Source of the DNA: Bacillota bacterium
GTDB lineage: Bacteria > Bacillota > Sulfobacillia > UBA8153
DNA: 64,000 nucleotides
Reading direction: 5' to 3'
Assembly (NCBI GenBank): GCA_040756655.1
Contig: JBFLYN010000006.1
Coordinates: 19,865-83,864 of the forward strand
Position numbers and translations under genes: made by a program. The notes beneath the pieces were generated by a model. It ran no database searches. It was not told the DNA's origin and saw only the letters and a list, made by a program, of their open reading frames with translations. Shown here one piece after another: positions 59,814-64,000 of this stretch. Every line of letters begins with the position of its first letter. Position 1 is the first letter of the stretch.

Positions 59814-60552
59814 GTGCTCTTAGAGGAGCTCTCTCTTACATACAGGTGGCAGGATTGCTCGGCCACGAGCCAGTGGCAATCCTGCCCGTGGGGTCGACAG
59901 AGCAGCATGGGCCCCACCTCCCCCTGGGGACCGATACGTTTGTCACCATGGCGGTGATGCAGGCCGCCCTCGCGCGCCTGCCCAAGGCCACATGCCTGGT
60001 GCTACCGGCGCTGGCCGTGGGCAAGTCCAACGAGCACTTGTCCTTTTTGGGCACTCTCACTTTGTCCGGCACCACGCTGGCGACAGTTGTGGGGGAGCTG
60101 GCCCGCTCCCTGTCCCGTCACGGCTTGGCCAGGCTGGTGCTGGTCTCGGGTCACGGAGGAAACCTCCCGGTCCTGGAAGCCCTATCCCGCGATCTCCGCA
60201 TCGACCAGCGTCTTTTGGTCTTTGTGACCAGTGCCATGGCGGGCGTGAGCCTGAGTGCACACGGCATAGCCCGGGGCGACTTCCACGGAGGCGACTCCGA
60301 GACCTCCATGATCATGGCACTCCGCCCCGAGCTGGTACGGCTTCATGAGCTTCCCTCCCACAATCCCCCGGTCCTCTCCTGGACTGGCTGGGAAAGGGCC
60401 GGTTCGGCTGGGCTATGACCGACCTTTCCCAGCACGGTTTCGTGGGCGACCCGGCCCAAACTACGGCCGAAAAACGTGCCCTACTGGAGGCCGCCGCTGA
60501 GCACCTGGCTACTTTTCTCAAGACCGTAAAAGCAACCCCGGTCGGGCCGTAA
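59814..60552 (+). pseudogene. Creatininase/ArfB/MftE-family amidohydrolase with two frameshifts
   Basis: PVGSTEQHGPHLPLGTD, SNEH, GHGGN, DFHGGDSETS; start GTG 59814 and C-terminal GFVGDPAQTTAEK lie in other frames. Confidence 0.8.
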
Positions 60553-60860
60553 GATCCGGCACCGGCCGGAAGGACAGGCGGGTGGACCACAGCGAGGTTG
60601 CCGGACCGGGTTCCAGGGCGAGGCTTCCGTCCACTTGCCCTCTCCAGCACCCGGTGGGCCCCGTCCACCACCCGCCAGGGGACCCCCGCCTGGTCGGGCG
60701 GGCCCGGTTCTCGCTTGTGACCGGCTTCATCAAGGTCGTCATCATCCTCACCAACGCGCTGCTGCGGGTGGTCCGCCAAAGCGGGCTCTGTCTATCGCGC
60801 GGGAGGAAATACATGTGTCCGCCAGGGGAAAGCGGGGATCTCTATCACCGTCCCCCGGAC

Positions 60861-61565
60861 CTAAGTGGTCGCCCGGCCTTGGCCGGGCACCGGCCAGCGT
60901 GACTTCTTCATGAGCTTGGCCTCTATGGCCGGCGGGACGCGCAAATGGTAGAGGGCAGGCACGTACCGCCGGGCCCAGTACAGCGTGAGGAACCACCCTT
61001 CCAGGAACCATCCCAGGGTGAGGGCGGCCAACAAGGTGCCGACACCCACCGGGCCGCCCAGCACGTAGCCTACGGCCAGCGCCGAGAACTCCATGAGGGC
61101 ACGGATCACAGCCACCCGTCCTGGGAAGCGCCTGCTCAGCGCCAGCATCAAGCCATCACGGGGACCAGCGCCCAGGCCCGCGCACATGTACAGGCACATG
61201 CCCAGGGCCAGCACGGCCAGACCGCCCAGGAGGAGCGCAGCGCGAGCAGGCAGGTGAGTGGGGACGGGGACCAGCCCAGAAGACAGCAGCAGGTCAAGGC
61301 ATGCTCCCACCAGCACCATGTTGAGCCACGTGCCCAGCCTGGGCTTGATACCCATCAGGGCCGAGCAGGCCATGATGAACAGTCCTACTCCTTGGGTGGC
61401 CTGGCCCACGGTTATGGGGAGATGCTGGGAAAGTCCAAGATGCAGGACATTCCAGGCCGAGACCCCCAGCCGGGCACGAATGGTCATGGCCATGCCCAGG
61501 CCCATGGTGAGGAACCCGGCCGGGAGAAGAAAGAATCGCAATGCCAAGTATTCTCCATCGTCCAT
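60861..61565 (-). CDS. YczE/YyaS/YitT-family membrane protein
   Basis: LGVSAWNVLHLGL, GTWLN, LGAGPRDGLM, LGGPVGVGT. Confidence 0.88.
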   Translation of the reverse strand: MDDGEYLALRFFLLPAGFLTMGLGMAMTIRARLGVSAWNVLHLGLSQHLPITVGQATQGVGLFIMACSALMGIKPRLGTWLNMVLVGACLDLLLSSGLVPVPTHLPARAALLLGGLAVLALGMCLYMCAGLGAGPRDGLMLALSRRFPGRVAVIRALMEFSALAVGYVLGGPVGVGTLLAALTLGWFLEGWFLTLYWARRYVPALYHLRVPPAIEAKLMKKSRWPVPGQGRATT

Positions 61566-61592
61566 GGGTGTAAAGAGTCCTCCGGTTCCGCT

Positions 61593-61919
61593 CTAGCCAA
61601 GAGAGCTTATGATCTCAACAGCCTCGGCGGCATAGGCGCTGGCGGCCCCCCAGTCCAGGTTGAAGAACAGGCCCTGGCTGGAACCAGTGGTGATCACCCG
61701 CACCGATGTGGACCCGGCGAAATCGTCGGCGATGACCATCAGGGCAATCCGGTTTTTGACCCGGGTGAAATATTGCTCATAGACGGCAATCCCGGCCTCA
61801 GCGTCCCCAGCCGACAGGTACTCCTCATGGACCTTCTCGGTCCGTCCCAGCCGGGCCTCAATGGCCGCCAGGACCTCCCTGGGAGTAGCCGGCGTGGATA
61901 GCTCCCGTACCACGCTCAA
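61593..61919 (-). CDS. DUF6054-like protein
   Basis: VYEQYFTRVKNRIAL, TGSSQGLFFNLDWGA. Confidence 0.7.
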   Translation of the reverse strand: MSVVRELSTPATPREVLAAIEARLGRTEKVHEEYLSAGDAEAGIAVYEQYFTRVKNRIALMVIADDFAGSTSVRVITTGSSQGLFFNLDWGAASAYAAEAVEIISSLG

Positions 61920-62049
61920 GGTACCACCCGCCTTCGTATGGGCGTGGAAAACACCGCCCGGCTCTTCAACATCTTGGTCTTTCGACCTTAATCTTACCTA
62001 ATCCTCTCCGTTCCCAGTTAGACTCTCATGCCATGGGTGGCACTCTGGT

Positions 62050-62676
62050 CTAACGCTTGAGACGAAACTCCCTGAGGCAATACACGGCGCTCCCGCCGGG
62101 AGCCGTGCTGAATTCCACCAGGGTGAGCTTCCGGACCCGAAACTCCACCTTTAGCCCGTCCCGTTCCACCCGGGCCTTGAGCAGGCGCGCTTCGGGTTCG
62201 GGCAGTCCCAGGGTCAGGCTGAGGTGAGGGACGAAGGGGTGCCGGGATACCGCCGGTGTTATATCTACCTTCATGCCCTCCAGGGCCGCCGCCACGCTGG
62301 CCTGCAAACTCGTCATCTCCCAGTTGACACTCGGATTCGCGCCCGCAAGGTATACCAGGTACAGGCCGGGCTTGGTGAGGTGGCGCTCGCACCCAACGGT
62401 ATCCAGCGTTAGGCCAAATTCACGGCGCGCCTGGACCGACCGCTCCAAGGCCGACACCAGCCGTACTACCGGGACCGCCAGGCCAAACGAGGGGATCAAG
62501 GTGATATGGCCGCCCCACTGGGGCCAGTCGCAGCCCGCCGACCCGGCGCACCACTGGCGCATCCGCTGGTCGATGGCCGGGGGCAGGAGCACATGGACGG
62601 AATACGAAGACACGGGTTTACCCACGAACCTTTCCTGCGGATTCTCGCATTCATCATCCCTGATCCATCTCGGCAC
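62050..62676 (-). CDS. 2H phosphoesterase (2'-5' RNA ligase family)
   Basis: Two HxT/S motifs, GHITL and PHLSL; alternative start GTG 62625. Confidence 0.82.
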   Translation of the reverse strand: MPRWIRDDECENPQERFVGKPVSSYSVHVLLPPAIDQRMRQWCAGSAGCDWPQWGGHITLIPSFGLAVPVVRLVSALERSVQARREFGLTLDTVGCERHLTKPGLYLVYLAGANPSVNWEMTSLQASVAAALEGMKVDITPAVSRHPFVPHLSLTLGLPEPEARLLKARVERDGLKVEFRVRKLTLVEFSTAPGGSAVYCLREFRLKR

Positions 62677-63025
62677 GCCAAGCTGTAGGTTTTCCGTCCA
62701 CCACGCTGATTTAAACTGGGGGCTCCGGACCAGTTAAACGACTGGAGCATAGGCCAAAGCTAGCCCGGGGTGAAAGGGCAGGAAGCGTTGTCATCTGATG
62801 CCGGTTCGCGGGTGGGACCGGCTTGCGTGGACTCTCGTAAGTGATGTGGGCCTGGTGCTTGCCCTCGGTTGGGCCCGGCAATGGTTCCCGGTCTTCGCTC
62901 TCGTTACGATATCCTGGGCCAGGAACTGGACGACCGCGGGCTGCTCCGGACTTGCACCGGCATGGCGACTCATCAGTCGGCCTGCCCGGTGCCAGACTAT
63001 CACCGGAAACTCACGCACAGGGGGT

Positions 63026-63217
63026 ATGACCGTGGATAGGCAAACCGGTATCAGGATTCGGCAGCTCAAGGCAACGCTGGACAGCGCCCTGCAGAAGGCA
63101 GAGACCATGTGGGATAGTTCCGCGGTGCAGCGCGACTTCTTCTTACAGTGCCGGCAGGTAGGGGCAGAGCTCATGACCCTGGCGGACCAGCACCTGGCAC
63201 CGCACCCCGGGCCATAG
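63026..63217 (+). CDS. Small hypothetical helical protein (63 aa)
   Basis: AGGGGG RBS then ATG; amphipathic helical sequence with host-like codon usage. Confidence 0.5.
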   Translation: MTVDRQTGIRIRQLKATLDSALQKAETMWDSSAVQRDFFLQCRQVGAELMTLADQHLAPHPGP

Positions 63218-63264
63218 GGGTGCGCGGCGGCCGGGCCCGGGCCCGGCCGCCCTCTCCACATGAC

Positions 63265-64000
63265 CTAGTAATGGCCCAGGAGACCCCGGTCGCGGGCCTT
63301 CCGCTCGTGGTAGGCCATGATCACCAGTCCCAACCAAAGATAAGCAACGCCTACCACCAGCGAGATCATCACGTCCCAGGGCGGGAGTTCCCAAAGTCGG
63401 ACCCCGTGGACCATCACCGAAGTCAACAGCCGGCTCCCCAGGTTCAGGGGCAGCAGCCGGCTCCAGGGGCTGGCCGGGGCAGCGATGAAGGCTACCAGGA
63501 CAAACTGTACAATCTGGAAGGCCGACTGGATGCGCTTGTGAATGAGGGCTAGTCCACCCATGGCAAACCCCAGGCCGTACGCGGCGGAGACGGTCACCAA
63601 AAGCAGCGGCACAACACTGACGATGTCAACCCTCAGGCTCACCCCGGTGGTAAGCATGATCAGTGCTAGCAGCACTCCGACAATGGCGAAGTTCACCAGG
63701 AGCCCGGAGATCTGGGAAAACCCGTTCACCCACCTAAAGCCGATGGGGGTGAGGTAGAGCTTCTCCAAAGTGCCCATCTGGGCCTCGTTGGTAATCCCCC
63801 AGGCCAGGTCCTGGTAGCCGACCATGGCAAAGGTCCACACCAGGTAGCCCACGACTAGGCCCTCGAGGGTGGTAGCGCCGATGGCGAACGCCCCGCCGGT
63901 CATCGCCTGGACCCCCAAAAATAGCAGCATGAACACGATGTAGATGGTGATGATGCCGGACAGGGTGTTGGCCATGTACCGCCGCATCATGATCAGGTTG
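63265..64000 (-). CDS. ABC-2 type permease (5' end beyond window)
   Basis: EAQMGTLEKLYLTP, six TM segments, KARDRGLLGHY. Confidence 0.88.
   Translation of the reverse strand, partial: NLIMMRRYMANTLSGIITIYIVFMLLFLGVQAMTGGAFAIGATTLEGLVVGYLVWTFAMVGYQDLAWGITNEAQMGTLEKLYLTPIGFRWVNGFSQISGLLVNFAIVGVLLALIMLTTGVSLRVDIVSVVPLLLVTVSAAYGLGFAMGGLALIHKRIQSAFQIVQFVLVAFIAAPASPWSRLLPLNLGSRLLTSVMVHGVRLWELPPWDVMISLVVGVAYLWLGLVIMAYHERKARDRGLLGHY

Noticed and set aside
1-64000. Many long antisense/alternate-frame ORFs (e.g. 3655..4881, 23171..24568, 58260..59528); CRISPR arrays, tRNA, rRNA
   Set aside because: The ORFs are high-GC shadows of well-supported genes; no repeat-spacer array or tRNA/rRNA signature was seen

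Overview
High-GC bacterial DNA; gene content (three tungsten-type aldehyde:ferredoxin oxidoreductases, IorAB, ADP-forming acyl-CoA synthetase, GerMN and YpeB-like genes) suggests an anaerobic Bacillota-type organism (inference). The main feature is an ~18 kb, 15-gene catabolic operon (9761-27821): AOTCase/YgeW-type carbamoyltransferase, amidohydrolase, ATP-dependent hydantoinase A/B, opine dehydrogenase, Fd-AOR-MoaD, FAD oxidoreductase, PreA/DHODH-like protein, carbamate kinase, acyl-CoA synthetase alpha/beta and IorAB. It is transcribed divergently from a pyrrolysine-free MtmB homologue, an IclR regulator, a MoaD and ackA. After it come a decayed zone (duplicated acyl-CoA synthetase fragments, VapC relic, a class IIC group II intron with broken RT), a GntR/DUF296/AOR locus, a PucR-OPT-racemase-DUF917-DUF1177-AroM cluster, a CreD-like gene, an unannotated ~330 nt highly structured intergenic element with raiA-motif-like blocks (46701-47025), an APC-Fd-AOR operon, arsR with an arsM-GNAT fusion, an MFS transporter, an orphan histidine kinase, ABC exporters, a frameshifted creatininase-family gene and small genes. 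No rRNA, tRNA or CRISPR array was recognised. All family calls come from motif recognition by eye, not from database searches.
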